Assembly (NCBI GenBank): GCA_964489065.1 | Contig: CAZAXH010000002.1 | Coordinates: forward strand, 278,177-342,176 | Source of the DNA: an uncultured Planctomycetales bacterium | GTDB taxonomy: Bacteria > Omnitrophota > Gorgyraeia > Zapsychrales > JANLHA01 | Length of the DNA: 64,000 bases | Direction of reading: 5' to 3' | Shown: positions 18,253-31,271 of the stretch, in pieces | Layout: each line of letters begins with the position of its first letter | How positions within the stretch are numbered: the stretch's first letter is position 1 | Notes under the pieces: generated by a model | Told to the model about the DNA's origin: nothing | Seen by the model: only the letters and a program-made list of their open reading frames with translations | The model's database searches: none | Program-made: the position numbers and the translations under genes

Positions 18253-18329
18253 CGGGAAGTAGCGCAGCTGGCTAGCGCGCAACGTTCGGGACGTTGAGGT
18301 CGTGGGTTCAAATCCCACCTTCCCGACCA
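18253..18329 (+). tRNA. tRNA-Pro (anticodon CGG), CCA encoded
   Basis: Cloverleaf read by hand: 7-bp acceptor stem CGGGAAG/CTTCCCG, anticodon loop TTCGGGA, T-loop GGTTCAAATCC, 3' ACCA. Confidence 0.9.
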
Positions 18330-18371
18330 TATATATCGAATAGAGTTATAAGCCAGGGCCCCGGAACTTCG

Positions 18372-18429
18372 GCCCCCAGCAAAGCCTTTGGGGTAAAAAA
18401 CGCTGGCCGGACGTTCTGGGGCTTTTTTT
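18372..18429 (+). terminator. putative compound terminator downstream of tRNA-Pro
   Basis: An outer GCCCCCAG ... CTGGGGC pairing encloses an inner hairpin and is followed by TTTTTTT at 18423-18429. Confidence 0.35.
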
Positions 18430-18457
18430 ATGGAGCGTTTTATCCGGCCTAATTTAT

Positions 18458-18760
18458 ATGACACAAAAACAGCAACGAAAATATTCTGAAGGGCTGGTTC
18501 AGGCGCATATTTTTTATTCCGGGATTGTCCAGGGCGTGGGGTTCCGGTATATGGTCCGGGGTTACGCGTCCCGTCTTGGGCTGGTGGGCTGGGTCAGGAA
18601 CCTCAATGACGGACGGGTTGAAATTTTAGTGGAGGGGGAGCAGGCCACTATTGAAAACCTCATGACAGATGTCGAGGAGTATTTTTCAGGATCGATCCGG
18701 AATCGTGACTTGTCCTATGGGGCCCCTTCCGGGGATTTTATAAATTTCAGGATTACGTAA
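18458..18760 (+). CDS. acyP: acylphosphatase
   Basis: 100 aa with the VQGVGFRY signature and a Gly-Trp-Val-Arg-Asn motif. Confidence 0.8.
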   Translation: MTQKQQRKYSEGLVQAHIFYSGIVQGVGFRYMVRGYASRLGLVGWVRNLNDGRVEILVEGEQATIENLMTDVEEYFSGSIRNRDLSYGAPSGDFINFRIT

Positions 18761-18784
18761 GCCTTTTGTTAATCTGGTGTTTAT

Positions 18785-22063
<3,279 letters not shown>

Positions 22064-22072
22064 GGAGAAGCG

Positions 22073-22960
22073 GTGCAGAAATTTATTGATGATTTTATAA
22101 GTTTTCTTTCGGTGGAAAGGGGCTTGGCCGATAACACATTGTTGGCTTATCGGCGGGATTTGGAAAGTTATCTGGCCTATTGTGAGCATGCGGGTGTCAA
22201 AGGGCTCCGGGAGGTCACCCGGCAGCATATTTCCGACTATGTTTATGCCCAAAAAAAATCCGGTTTGTCGGCCAGGTCCATCTGCCGGCGGCTGGCCGCC
22301 ATCAAAACCTTTCACCGTTTTCTTGTAAGGGAAAACCTTCAGCCGGAAGACCCCAGTTCTTTGGTGGAAACCCCAAAATTATGGAAGCGGGTTCCTGAAG
22401 TTCTTAATCAGGAGGAAATTGACGCAATGATTATGTCGGTCAAGGGCGATGCCTGGCAGGCGGTTCGTGACCGGGCTATTTTAGAAGTGTTTTATGCGAG
22501 CGGCATGCGGGTTTCTGAACTGGCTAACCTGCGGATGGATCAGATCAACCTTGAGTTGGGATATGTCCGGTGTATCGGGAAAGGGCGGAAGGAGCGTATT
22601 ATCCCGCTGGGGCAACGGGCCCGGGAGGCTGTGCGGGTTTACTGCGGGACTGTGCGGGGGGGGCTGTTGAAAGCCAGGCTCTCCTCGGATGTTTTTTTGA
22701 GCCGCCTTGGGAAAAAAATGAGCCGGCAGAGCTTATGGAAAGTTGTCAAGGTCTACGCCGGCAAGGCGAATATTAAAAAGGCGATTAAACCGCATACATT
22801 ACGACACACCTTCGCCACCCACTTGCTTGAGCACGGGGCGGACCTTCGGGCGGTTCAGGAGATGCTGGGGCACGCGGATATTTCCACCACGCAGATTTAT
22901 ACGCACGTGGACCGGGAGCGGCTGAGGAATATGCATAAACATTATCATCCGCGCGGATAA
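22073..22960 (+). CDS. xerD: site-specific tyrosine recombinase XerD
   Basis: N-terminal ERGLADNTLLAYRRDL matches the XerD signature (NTLNAYRRDL). C-terminal R ... HxxR ... Y catalytic residues (HTLRHTFATHLL ... IYTHV). GTG start behind a GAGGAG RBS. Confidence 0.8.
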   Translation: MQKFIDDFISFLSVERGLADNTLLAYRRDLESYLAYCEHAGVKGLREVTRQHISDYVYAQKKSGLSARSICRRLAAIKTFHRFLVRENLQPEDPSSLVETPKLWKRVPEVLNQEEIDAMIMSVKGDAWQAVRDRAILEVFYASGMRVSELANLRMDQINLELGYVRCIGKGRKERIIPLGQRAREAVRVYCGTVRGGLLKARLSSDVFLSRLGKKMSRQSLWKVVKVYAGKANIKKAIKPHTLRHTFATHLLEHGADLRAVQEMLGHADISTTQIYTHVDRERLRNMHKHYHPRG

Positions 22961-22974
22961 AAAAGGATAGCTTG

Positions 22975-24261
22975 ATGCGTAAGATTTCCTGGCAATATTT
23001 AAATCCTCCGGTTAAGGCCTTGCTGGAATGCGTGTCCCGCGCCGGGGAAGGCGCCGGGATCCCGGTTTATATCGTCGGAGGGACGGTTCGGGACATCCTC
23101 CTGCATAACAGGAATGTGGACATGGATTGTGTCGTGGAGGGGAACGCCATCGCCTTGGCCCAACATGTGGCAAAATTGGTTCGTGGGGAATTAAAAATTC
23201 ACGAACGCTTTCAGACCGCCACCGTCACGAGCCCTGATCAGGTTAGCATCGATTTCGCCATGGCCCGGGAGGAGCTTTATCCCCGCCCCGGCGTGCTTCC
23301 CGTTGTCAGGCCCGGCACTCTCGAAGCCGATTTAAAAAGAAGGGATTTTACAATAAACGCTATGGCGGCGGCCCTGTACGGCCCGACGGAGGGGGTTCTC
23401 CGGGATTTGTATGACGGAGCCCTTGATCTGCGGCACCGGTATATCAGGATATTACATAACGGCAGTTTTGTGGAGGACCCGACCCGTATTTTGCGAGGGA
23501 TCCGGTTCGAGCAGCGGTTGAATTTTAAGTTTGAACCGCGGACAGCCCGGCTTTTGAAGTCGGCTTTGCGCGAAAACGTCTTGGCCAGGATTCATCCGGC
23601 GCGATATTTTACGGATTTCCGCAAAATGCTTAAAGAAGAAGCCGCGTCCGCTTGTGTTCAAAGATTGCGCCGGCTTAGGGGGGGGATGGATGGTTTCTTT
23701 AAAGGTCAGGATATTAACGTCCGCATGCTGGTCTGTGTGGAACGGCAGCGGCGGACGCTCCCGGCTTCTTTGTGCCGCCAGCGCGAGGCTGATTGGGCTT
23801 TGATCCGCTTTATGGCGCTTCTGGCGGGACTGGATAAAACGCGAGTTGAGGATATTTTACAGGGAGTTCCCGTGTGCCGCAGGGAAAAAGAGTCGATCCT
23901 GGCCGGCCTGCAGGCCGGGGAGCACGTGAAAGCCTTATCGGATAAAAGGATGGCATCCAGCGATATTTATGCTATATTAAAACCTTTGGCGTTGGAAAAT
24001 ATTCTCTTTATTCGTTTGAGGACTTCCGTTAAGATAGTACAGGAACGGGTGGATTTTTTTTTAAAGAAGCTCAATAATACCAAGCTTGACATAACGGGAG
24101 AAGATGTCCGGCGGGTTTTGGGGAAACAATCGCCCCGGCTTATCGGGCGTATTTTGGCGGAAGTTATGGAACAGAAATTAAACGGCCGGTGCCCGCACCG
24201 AATGCACCAATTGGAGTTTATACGCAAGCGGGCCGGCCGGAACAACTCAGGGGAGTCTTAA
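22975..24261 (+). CDS. CCA tRNA nucleotidyltransferase / poly(A) polymerase family protein (PolyA_pol head domain)
   Basis: PVYIVGGTVRDILL ... DMDCVV nucleotidyltransferase head motif. Length 428 aa. Confidence 0.7.
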   Translation: MRKISWQYLNPPVKALLECVSRAGEGAGIPVYIVGGTVRDILLHNRNVDMDCVVEGNAIALAQHVAKLVRGELKIHERFQTATVTSPDQVSIDFAMAREELYPRPGVLPVVRPGTLEADLKRRDFTINAMAAALYGPTEGVLRDLYDGALDLRHRYIRILHNGSFVEDPTRILRGIRFEQRLNFKFEPRTARLLKSALRENVLARIHPARYFTDFRKMLKEEAASACVQRLRRLRGGMDGFFKGQDINVRMLVCVERQRRTLPASLCRQREADWALIRFMALLAGLDKTRVEDILQGVPVCRREKESILAGLQAGEHVKALSDKRMASSDIYAILKPLALENILFIRLRTSVKIVQERVDFFLKKLNNTKLDITGEDVRRVLGKQSPRLIGRILAEVMEQKLNGRCPHRMHQLEFIRKRAGRNNSGES

Positions 24262-24656
24262 TGGGACGGATGGAAAGAGTGAATGAGTTGGTCAAACGGC
24301 AGATCGGGGTCTTGCTGCAACAGGAGATTCAGGATCCCAGGTTACGGTTTGTGACAATAACGGAGGTCCACGTTAGCCCGGATTTGCATTATGCCCGGAT
24401 TAAGTTCAGCGTGTTGGACTCTCAAAGCAAGGTTGATGATGTGGCGCGGAGCCTGAACCATGCCGCGGGATATATTCGCAGGAGAATCGGGCAGAATTTA
24501 AGCTTGCGTTTTATCCCGGAGCTGGAATTTGTTTATGACCCGTCTATCGAATATAGCGCCAGGGTTGAACAGACGCTGCGGGATATCAAGAAATTGCCAA
24601 CGCAAGCGGCAGATAACAGTGAAACACTTGAACAAGGAGACGCGAGTGGCGCATAA
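24261..24656 (+). CDS. rbfA: ribosome-binding factor A
   Basis: RVNELVKRQIGVLLQQEIQDPRL ... TITEV ... SPDLHYARI KH-domain pattern. Overlaps the upstream stop. Confidence 0.85.
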   Translation: MGRMERVNELVKRQIGVLLQQEIQDPRLRFVTITEVHVSPDLHYARIKFSVLDSQSKVDDVARSLNHAAGYIRRRIGQNLSLRFIPELEFVYDPSIEYSARVEQTLRDIKKLPTQAADNSETLEQGDASGA

Positions 24657-25623
24657 AAAAAGTCATACTTTTAAAGAAATCTGCCGGGCGCTGAGAGAGC
24701 ATCATTCCTTTTTAGTATGCACCCATGTGAATCCTGATCCTGATGCCGTGGCGTCCCAGTGTGCTATGGTTAGGCTCCTTCGTCATTTGGGGAAGAAAGT
24801 CGTGGCGGTCAGTCCTGAGCCAATTCCCAAACGCTTCCATTTCTTGCCCGGGGTCAGACAGATCCGCCTGGCGTCCAGCATCAAGAATCGGGATTTTGAT
24901 ATGGCCATTATTTTGGATTGCGGGGATTTTACCCGTATTGGGGCCGTTCAGGCCCTCTTATCCCAACGCACGGTTTTAATGAACATTGATCATCATGTCA
25001 CCAATAGTTTTTTTGGGCAATACAATTGTGTCGTCCCTACATCGTCTTCCACGGCCGAGTTGCTTTATGATTTGCTGGCGTATATCCCCTGCCCCTTGAC
25101 AAAAGTTTTGGCGCAGTTGTTGTATACGGGCATCTTAACCGACACAGGATGTTTCCGTTACGATAACACCACCTCGCATACGCATGAAGTGGCTTCCCGC
25201 TTGCTGGCGTTCGGGGTGTCAGCCAATAAGTTGTATATTAAAATTTATGAGTCAATCCCACTGGAAGATTTAAAAAATTTTAACAAGCTGGTGAGCTCTT
25301 TTGAAAGGTATTTCGATAATAAAGTTGTCTGCCTGGTTTTGTCCCAAAATGATTTAAAGCGATTTTCAGAGGAGTTTGATCTCCGGGACAGAATTTTCCG
25401 GCATTTCCGGGCCATTAAAGATGTTGAAGTCATTGTAATCTTGACGGTGGAGAAGAAGGACGTCATCCGGGTTAACTTCCGGTCCCGGGCCAGGGTCAAC
25501 GTCGCCTGGCTTGCCTATCATTTTCAGGGTGGGGGGCACAGCCGGGCGAGCGGATGCCTGGTGAAAGGCGGTTTAAAGGATATCAAAAAACGCGTGCTGC
25601 AGGAAATCGAGAAAGTCATCTGA
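24646..25623 (+). CDS. nrnA: DHH/DHHA1 phosphoesterase (NrnA-like bifunctional oligoribonuclease / pAp phosphatase)
   Basis: [14 protein letters not shown] ... ILDCGD ... IDHH DHH motifs and a C-terminal GGGH DHHA1 motif. GTG start 7 nt after an AAGGAGA RBS. The track ORF start at 24529 overlaps rbfA. Confidence 0.8.
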   Translation: MAHKKSHTFKEICRALREHHSFLVCTHVNPDPDAVASQCAMVRLLRHLGKKVVAVSPEPIPKRFHFLPGVRQIRLASSIKNRDFDMAIILDCGDFTRIGAVQALLSQRTVLMNIDHHVTNSFFGQYNCVVPTSSSTAELLYDLLAYIPCPLTKVLAQLLYTGILTDTGCFRYDNTTSHTHEVASRLLAFGVSANKLYIKIYESIPLEDLKNFNKLVSSFERYFDNKVVCLVLSQNDLKRFSEEFDLRDRIFRHFRAIKDVEVIVILTVEKKDVIRVNFRSRARVNVAWLAYHFQGGGHSRASGCLVKGGLKDIKKRVLQEIEKVI

Positions 25624-25667
25624 CCCGTCCCGTGGTGCCGCCATTAATTTTGTCGAAAAAGGAATTT

Positions 25668-26357
25668 ATGAAAGACGAACCTTTATATAACGGTATTGTT
25701 GTTGTGAATAAACCATCGGGGATGACATCCCACGACGTCGTTTCCCGCGTGCGGCGTATTTTCCGGATGAAACGGGTTGGGCACGCAGGGACTCTGGACC
25801 CTTTGGCGACGGGTGTTTTGATTATTCTTCTGGGCCGCTGCACAAAATTGTTTAAGGAATTTGAGGCGTATGACAAGGGGTATAAAGCCAGCATGATTCT
25901 GGGGACAAAAACGACGACCGCTGATATTGAAGGGAAGATCCTGCAGCAGGTGGATTACAGCCAGGTAACCCGGGAGCAATTTGAAAATATTATGAAAGAG
26001 TTCCGGGGAGATATTCTCCAGGTTCCGCCGATGGTTTCGGCGATCAAGGTGAACGGTAAACGTTTATATGAGTTGGCCCGCAAGGGAATTGAAGTGAAAC
26101 GTGAACCCCGCTCGATTACAATCCGTGATTTGCAGCTTGTTGATTTTGTCTTGCCCCGGGTCACGTTTTATGTCGAATGTTCCAAGGGCACCTATGTGCG
26201 GCAACTCGCCGAGGATATGGCCGAGCGTCTGAATAATATCGCCTGTATTTCCCAAATTGAAAGAACCCGGGTTGGCCCTTTTCATATTGAAGAGGCCGTG
26301 GCCATTGAGGACTTGGGCCCGGCTCATGTAAAGCTTTGGAATGGAACCGTCCAGTAG
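25668..26357 (+). CDS. truB: tRNA pseudouridine(55) synthase
   Basis: [17 protein letters not shown] ... [14 protein letters not shown] catalytic-Asp motif. Confidence 0.9.
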   Translation: MKDEPLYNGIVVVNKPSGMTSHDVVSRVRRIFRMKRVGHAGTLDPLATGVLIILLGRCTKLFKEFEAYDKGYKASMILGTKTTTADIEGKILQQVDYSQVTREQFENIMKEFRGDILQVPPMVSAIKVNGKRLYELARKGIEVKREPRSITIRDLQLVDFVLPRVTFYVECSKGTYVRQLAEDMAERLNNIACISQIERTRVGPFHIEEAVAIEDLGPAHVKLWNGTVQ

Positions 26358-26380
26358 TCCGGGGCGGTTTTTCAATAGAG

Positions 26381-27331
26381 ATGGAATTTATAACGCGTTT
26401 AAGTCAAGTCAGAAGGCAATATCCTCGTCCTGTCGTGGCCATCGGTATTTTTGATGGAGTGCATCGCGGTCATCAAAAGGTGCTCCGTCAGGTGATCAGG
26501 AAAGCGCGGGCATGTCGGGGGACGGCGGTGGTTATGACCTTTTATCCCCATCCGCTGCAAGTGCTCCAGCCCGGCTTGAACGTGCCTTTGATCACGACCT
26601 TGTCGTTGCGCGAAAAATTGCTTGCAGACATCGGCCTTGATGTTTGTTGGCTCATCCATTTTACCCGGGGCTTCTCCCGGATCCCGCCACGTCAGTTTAT
26701 TGAAAAATATATCGTCGAGAAGATGGCCCCGCATACCGTGATTGTCGGTGATGATTTCCGTTTCGGGAAGGACCGACTTGGGACCTTGGCACTTTTCCGG
26801 GAGGAAGGGAGAAAACACGGGTTTCATGTCCAGACGGTGCCCAGTTCAAACGGCACAAAGAAATTAATCAGCAGCACGAGTATCCGGCAATACGTCAGGG
26901 ACGGTGATTTCCCCCGGGCTTCTCGTCTTCTGGGTCGTCCTTTTGCCATTCAGGGGAGAGTGGTGCCTGGGGACAGGCTGGGGAGGGAATGGGGATTCCC
27001 GACTGCTAATGTTTTTTCTGCGAGGCAGTTGATGCCTCCGTGTGGGGTGTATATCGTTTATGTCCAGTACGCCGGCTGTCTTTTCCCGGGGATGGCATAT
27101 ATTGGGAGGAAACCGTCTATCCGTCCCGGTGCCAAGTTAAACATAGAGGTGAATATTTTTGATTTTAAGCGTAACATTTACGGTAAAGAAATTATTATTT
27201 TTTTTAATAAAAAAATCCGGGAAGAAATAAAGTTCGATTCTTCCCAGGCACTGATTCGGCAGATTCAGTGTGATGAAATAAAAGCTCGTTGTTGGTTTCA
27301 AAAAAATCATCCTGCCCCCCGATTGATCTAA
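26381..27331 (+). CDS. ribF: bifunctional riboflavin kinase / FMN adenylyltransferase
   Basis: An FAD-synthetase N-terminal domain (GIFDGVHRGHQKVL) precedes a riboflavin-kinase C-terminal domain. Conserved rbfA-truB-ribF neighbourhood. Confidence 0.9.
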   Translation: MEFITRLSQVRRQYPRPVVAIGIFDGVHRGHQKVLRQVIRKARACRGTAVVMTFYPHPLQVLQPGLNVPLITTLSLREKLLADIGLDVCWLIHFTRGFSRIPPRQFIEKYIVEKMAPHTVIVGDDFRFGKDRLGTLALFREEGRKHGFHVQTVPSSNGTKKLISSTSIRQYVRDGDFPRASRLLGRPFAIQGRVVPGDRLGREWGFPTANVFSARQLMPPCGVYIVYVQYAGCLFPGMAYIGRKPSIRPGAKLNIEVNIFDFKRNIYGKEIIIFFNKKIREEIKFDSSQALIRQIQCDEIKARCWFQKNHPAPRLI

Positions 27332-27498
27332 TCTCTTATACCTCTGTTTATTACATTTTTTATGCTGTTTTTCCTTATAAGTGGAGAAATAAGACAGAAG
27401 AATGCTGTTTTTTACGGGGTTCTCCCCACAATATGTAGTTGTGTGCTGTTTAATTAGGCACAAATTATTGTATTGCAATAAAATAGAATATTTTGCTG

Positions 27499-27527
27499 TT
27501 GACGGGGAATGGCATTTTCGATATACT
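27499..27527 (+). promoter_or_regulatory. Pmra-like promoter (TTGACG-17-TATACT) upstream of mraZ
   Basis: TTGACG at 27499-27504, a 17-nt spacer, and TATACT at 27522-27527, about 60 nt before the mraZ ATG. Confidence 0.5.
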
Positions 27528-27536
27528 TGAATACAA

Positions 27537-27561
27537 AGTGGTGGATAGTGGAGGACAGTGG
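27537..27561 (+). promoter_or_regulatory. MraZ operator: three direct AGTGG (GTGGN) repeats on a 10-bp register just downstream of the -10
   Basis: AGTGG at 27537, 27547 and 27557 (GTGGT-5nt-GTGGA-5nt-GTGGT). This matches the known arrangement of MraZ boxes (GTGGG x3 with 5-nt spacers) in the mraZ promoter region. Confidence 0.55.
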
Positions 27562-27587
27562 TTTAAGACGGCAGATAGGATTTAATT

Positions 27588-28028
27588 ATGTTTTACGGTG
27601 AATATCGCCATTCTCTCGATCAGAAAGGCCGATTAATCCTTCCGGCGCGGTTTAGAGATATTTGCCGGGACTCGGGTATCGAAAAATTTTTTCTTACCCG
27701 GGGCCTGGATAAATGTATCTTTATGTTTTCCGAGGAGGAATGGAGGATCCAAGAGAAGAAATTTAAAAGCATGCCCTTTACTAAACAGGAGTCACGCCAT
27801 TTTAACCGTTTGTTTTTTTCCGGGGCCGCAGATGTGGTTCCGGATAAACAGGGCCGTTTTATTATTCCGCCGTATTTGAAAACCTACGCCCGGATTCAAA
27901 AAGACACCCTGTTGGTTGGTGTATCCAATCGAATTGAGATTTGGGATGCCGACACTTGGGCGTCATTTTATGATAATAATTCCGAGTCCTTTGAACGGAT
28001 TGCCGAAAATATGATGGAATCGGATTAA
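27588..28028 (+). CDS. mraZ: transcriptional regulator MraZ
   Basis: MFYGEYRHSLDQKGRLILP duplicated SpoVT/AbrB-like MraZ domain. First gene of the dcw cluster. Confidence 0.9.
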   Translation: MFYGEYRHSLDQKGRLILPARFRDICRDSGIEKFFLTRGLDKCIFMFSEEEWRIQEKKFKSMPFTKQESRHFNRLFFSGAADVVPDKQGRFIIPPYLKTYARIQKDTLLVGVSNRIEIWDADTWASFYDNNSESFERIAENMMESD

Positions 28029-28112
28029 TCTGTTTTGGAAAGCACTCTGAAATACACGGGCAAAGTGAATAATTTTTCTATGGTCGATGTTGCCATAAAT
28101 ACGCTGTCGCAC

Positions 28113-29012
28113 ATGAAAGACGAGAATTCAGAACATACCCCTGTGATGTTAAAGGAAGTTTTGGAATATCTTCGCCTGCCGAGGGGCGGATGCCTGGTAG
28201 ACTGTACTTTGGGCTTAGGGGGGCATGCCGAGGCCGCAGCCGCCGTTTTGGGGGAACAGGGCAGGATTATCGGGATTGACCGGGACACGGATTCTTTGAA
28301 AGTTGCCCGTCGGCATTTAGAGCGACGGCCTTTGCGCTGTGATTTTGTGCATGAGGACTTCCGGAAGATTGATGTCATCCTGGAGCATCTCGGGGTGCCC
28401 CAGGTCGACGGTATATTGCTGGATTTGGGAATATCAAGTTTTCAGTTGGATAATCCTGAACGGGGATTCAGCCTTATGGCGGAAGGGCCGTTGGATATGC
28501 GTATGGACCAGGAGGCCGCTTTTTCGGCGTATGACTTGATCAATTCCCTTTCCGAAAAAGAGCTGTCAAGTATTTTAAAAAATTACGGAGAAGAACGTTT
28601 GCATAACCGCATTGCGCGGTTTCTTGTCGCGGAGCGAGGGCATCATCCTATCGAATCCACCAGTGAGTTGAAAGAGATTGTTTTGAAAGCTTTGCCCCCG
28701 CGTTATAAGCGGCAGAAGATACATCCAGCGACGAGGACATTCCAGGCGTTCCGGATTGCGGTCAACCGGGAACTCGAATCTTTGGAAATTGCTTTGGACA
28801 AGTGCATAGAATTTTTGCGGCCGGGAGCGAGGGTGGCGGTGATTTCATTCCATTCGTTGGAAGACAGGATCGTAAAGCATAAATTTCGTATGCTCAGTCA
28901 TGCAGGCATCCTCACGCTCGTCACCAGGAAGCCGTCCCGCCCTTCGGAAGAAGAGGTCCGGGATAATCCTCGTGCGCGTAGCGCCCGGCTCAGGGTTGGA
29001 GAAAAAAAATAA
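28113..29012 (+). CDS. rsmH: 16S rRNA (cytosine1402-N4)-methyltransferase
   Basis: HTPVMLKEVLEYL ... DCTLGLGGHAE SAM-MTase motif as in E. coli RsmH. The ORF extends upstream to 28035; the start at 28113 was chosen from the alignment. Confidence 0.85.
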   Translation: MKDENSEHTPVMLKEVLEYLRLPRGGCLVDCTLGLGGHAEAAAAVLGEQGRIIGIDRDTDSLKVARRHLERRPLRCDFVHEDFRKIDVILEHLGVPQVDGILLDLGISSFQLDNPERGFSLMAEGPLDMRMDQEAAFSAYDLINSLSEKELSSILKNYGEERLHNRIARFLVAERGHHPIESTSELKEIVLKALPPRYKRQKIHPATRTFQAFRIAVNRELESLEIALDKCIEFLRPGARVAVISFHSLEDRIVKHKFRMLSHAGILTLVTRKPSRPSEEEVRDNPRARSARLRVGEKK

Positions 29013-29052
29013 TATCCGGCGATGTCTTCGTCTGGAAAAAGAGAGTGTGTCT

Positions 29053-29469
29053 ATGAAATTAGTAAAATCTATACAGGTCATGTCTACCGTTACTGTTTTG
29101 GCTTTGATTTATACTCACCTGCAGATGCAGATATTTGACTATGCTTATCAGGGGAAGAAACGGGAAAAAGAAATTGTCGCCCTGAAAGGCGATAATGGCC
29201 GTGTGACATATGATATTTTGCAGTTGAAGTCTTCTCTTAATTTGGGAGTGACGCTGTTAACGGATGACTCGATTTTTAAGTTCAGCGATGATGAGAATAT
29301 CGTGCAGCTTGTCACGACGGAATCCTTGAACACGGATCATGAAGACGCGGTATCCCAAGAAGAAGGTCCAGTCAAACCTCTCCTGAGTTTCCTTTCATTT
29401 AAGTCTGAGGCCGAGGCGCGGTCTTTTGAGAAAAGCCGTATTCTTCGGTCTTGGCGAAGAGAACCGTGA
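29053..29469 (+). CDS. ftsL: FtsL-like cell-division protein (single-TM, coiled-coil)
   Basis: Small bitopic protein (TM at VMSTVTVLALIY) located between rsmH and ftsI, as is canonical. The track ORF start at 28900 overlaps rsmH and is rejected. Confidence 0.55.
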   Translation: MKLVKSIQVMSTVTVLALIYTHLQMQIFDYAYQGKKREKEIVALKGDNGRVTYDILQLKSSLNLGVTLLTDDSIFKFSDDENIVQLVTTESLNTDHEDAVSQEEGPVKPLLSFLSFKSEAEARSFEKSRILRSWRREP

Positions 29470-29561
29470 CCTCATGGCGGTTCTGGCGAAAGGGCGGGTG
29501 TTCGTGTGAAAGGCTGCGCGGTGTTGCCGCTGAAACCAGAATATAAAATGAGTCGTCGTGG

Positions 29562-31271
29562 ATGAATTCGGTTCGGAGTGGCCCGGTGTATATTCGTAAA
29601 CGAACCTTGCGTTTTGTTAGTGTTTTCCTTTTTTTGATTGCGTGTCTGCTGTATTTTTCTGCCAAGTTGGCATGGATGCAGGTTTTCCGTTCGACGCATT
29701 TGGCTAACTTGGCGGCAAAACAGCATAATCATTACATCAAGCTGGATCCGGTGCGTGGAACGATTTATGATCGGCGGTTCAGGCACTTGGCGTTGAATTT
29801 GACGGCGTATTCTTTGTTCGCGAATCCCCGGATCATGTCGCCGGAGGATAAAGAGAGAGCCGTGCGGGAACTTTCGAACCGGGCTCATCTGGATTGTGCT
29901 TTTGTCCGGGAGAGGCTTTCGCGTTACAAATATTTTGTCTGGCTGTCCCGTAAACTTCCGGATGAGCTGGTGGAAGAAATCCGGGCTTTGAAAATACCGG
30001 GGTTGGATTTTATTCGGGAGAGCAAACGGTATTATCCTAACCGGAATTTAGCGGCGCATATTATTGGATTTGCCGGGATGGATAATGTGGGGTTGGACGG
30101 GCTTGAACTCAAATATAACGAGGTCCTAAAGGGCAAGGAGGGCTGGACGCAGATTTTAAGAGACGCCAAGCAGCGGGATTTGATGATAGAGAAACAGTCC
30201 TCGCCGCCACAAGACGGGTTAAACCTTGTCTTGACGATCGACGAAACAATACAGTATATCGCCGAAAGGGCTTTGGATAAGGCTTTTCAGCAGAACAAGG
30301 CCAAGGGGGCGACGATTATTGTGATGGATCCCCGGACGGGTGAAATTCTGGCGCTCGCGAACCGCCCGACGTATGATTTAGAGAATTTTATCGAAAGCGC
30401 GCCGGAGCAAAGGACGAATCGAGGAATTTCTTACGTTTATGAGCCGGGGTCGGTTTTTAAAATTGTAACGGCTTCTGCAGCTCTTGAAGAGAAAGCGTTT
30501 CAGGAAGACGACAAGATATTTTGTGAGAATGGGGAGTATCGTGTCGGGAATCATATCTTGCACGACAGCCATCCGCACGGGACCTTGACGTTTCAGGGAG
30601 TGATTGAACAGTCCAGCAATATCGGGACCACGAAAATCGCCCAGAAACTGGGCCCGGACAAGGTTTACCGTTATGCCCGGGCGTTTCAGTTTGGGCAGAA
30701 AACCGGGATTGATTTACTCGGGGAAGTGGAGGGGACGATCCCTCCGCCTTCTACTTGGTCCAAGACCTCCATCGGCGCGGTTCCCATAGGCCACGAGGTT
30801 GCGGTGACTCCTTTGCAATTGGTTTGCGCCGTTTCCGCCATTGCCAACGACGGGATTGCCATGAAGCCTTTTGTCGTAAAATATATTAAAGACAACAAAG
30901 ATGAACTGATTCAGGAATTCTTCCCGGAAATCCGGGGGCGGGTTATCTCAACGGCCACAGCCGAGAGGATGAAAATCATTTTACAGGGGGTGGTTGAAAA
31001 CGGGACAGGGAAACGCGCCCGTATTGAGGGATTAGCCGTCGCCGGTAAGACCGGAACGGCCCAGAAGGTCGAAAACGGTCAGTATTCCCACCATAAATAT
31101 TACGCGACTTTTATCGGATTTGCTCCGGTTGATAACCCGCGGGTTGCCGCCGTCGTCGTTTTTGATGAACCCAGCCCTAATTATTATGGCGGGACGGTGG
31201 CTGCCCCCGTTTTTAGAGAAATGCTGATGGATACGATTAAATATTTAAGATCTTTAGACCCTTCCGGATGA
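29562..31271 (+). CDS. ftsI: peptidoglycan D,D-transpeptidase FtsI (class B PBP)
   Basis: N-terminal TM, dimerisation domain, and transpeptidase motifs SVFK, SSN and KTGT. Confidence 0.9.
   Translation: MNSVRSGPVYIRKRTLRFVSVFLFLIACLLYFSAKLAWMQVFRSTHLANLAAKQHNHYIKLDPVRGTIYDRRFRHLALNLTAYSLFANPRIMSPEDKERAVRELSNRAHLDCAFVRERLSRYKYFVWLSRKLPDELVEEIRALKIPGLDFIRESKRYYPNRNLAAHIIGFAGMDNVGLDGLELKYNEVLKGKEGWTQILRDAKQRDLMIEKQSSPPQDGLNLVLTIDETIQYIAERALDKAFQQNKAKGATIIVMDPRTGEILALANRPTYDLENFIESAPEQRTNRGISYVYEPGSVFKIVTASAALEEKAFQEDDKIFCENGEYRVGNHILHDSHPHGTLTFQGVIEQSSNIGTTKIAQKLGPDKVYRYARAFQFGQKTGIDLLGEVEGTIPPPSTWSKTSIGAVPIGHEVAVTPLQLVCAVSAIANDGIAMKPFVVKYIKDNKDELIQEFFPEIRGRVISTATAERMKIILQGVVENGTGKRARIEGLAVAGKTGTAQKVENGQYSHHKYYATFIGFAPVDNPRVAAVVVFDEPSPNYYGGTVAAPVFREMLMDTIKYLRSLDPSG

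Noticed and set aside
18228-18464. 78-aa minus-strand ORF
   Set aside because: It overlaps the tRNA-Pro gene and its promoter/terminator region. The tRNA cloverleaf is unambiguous.
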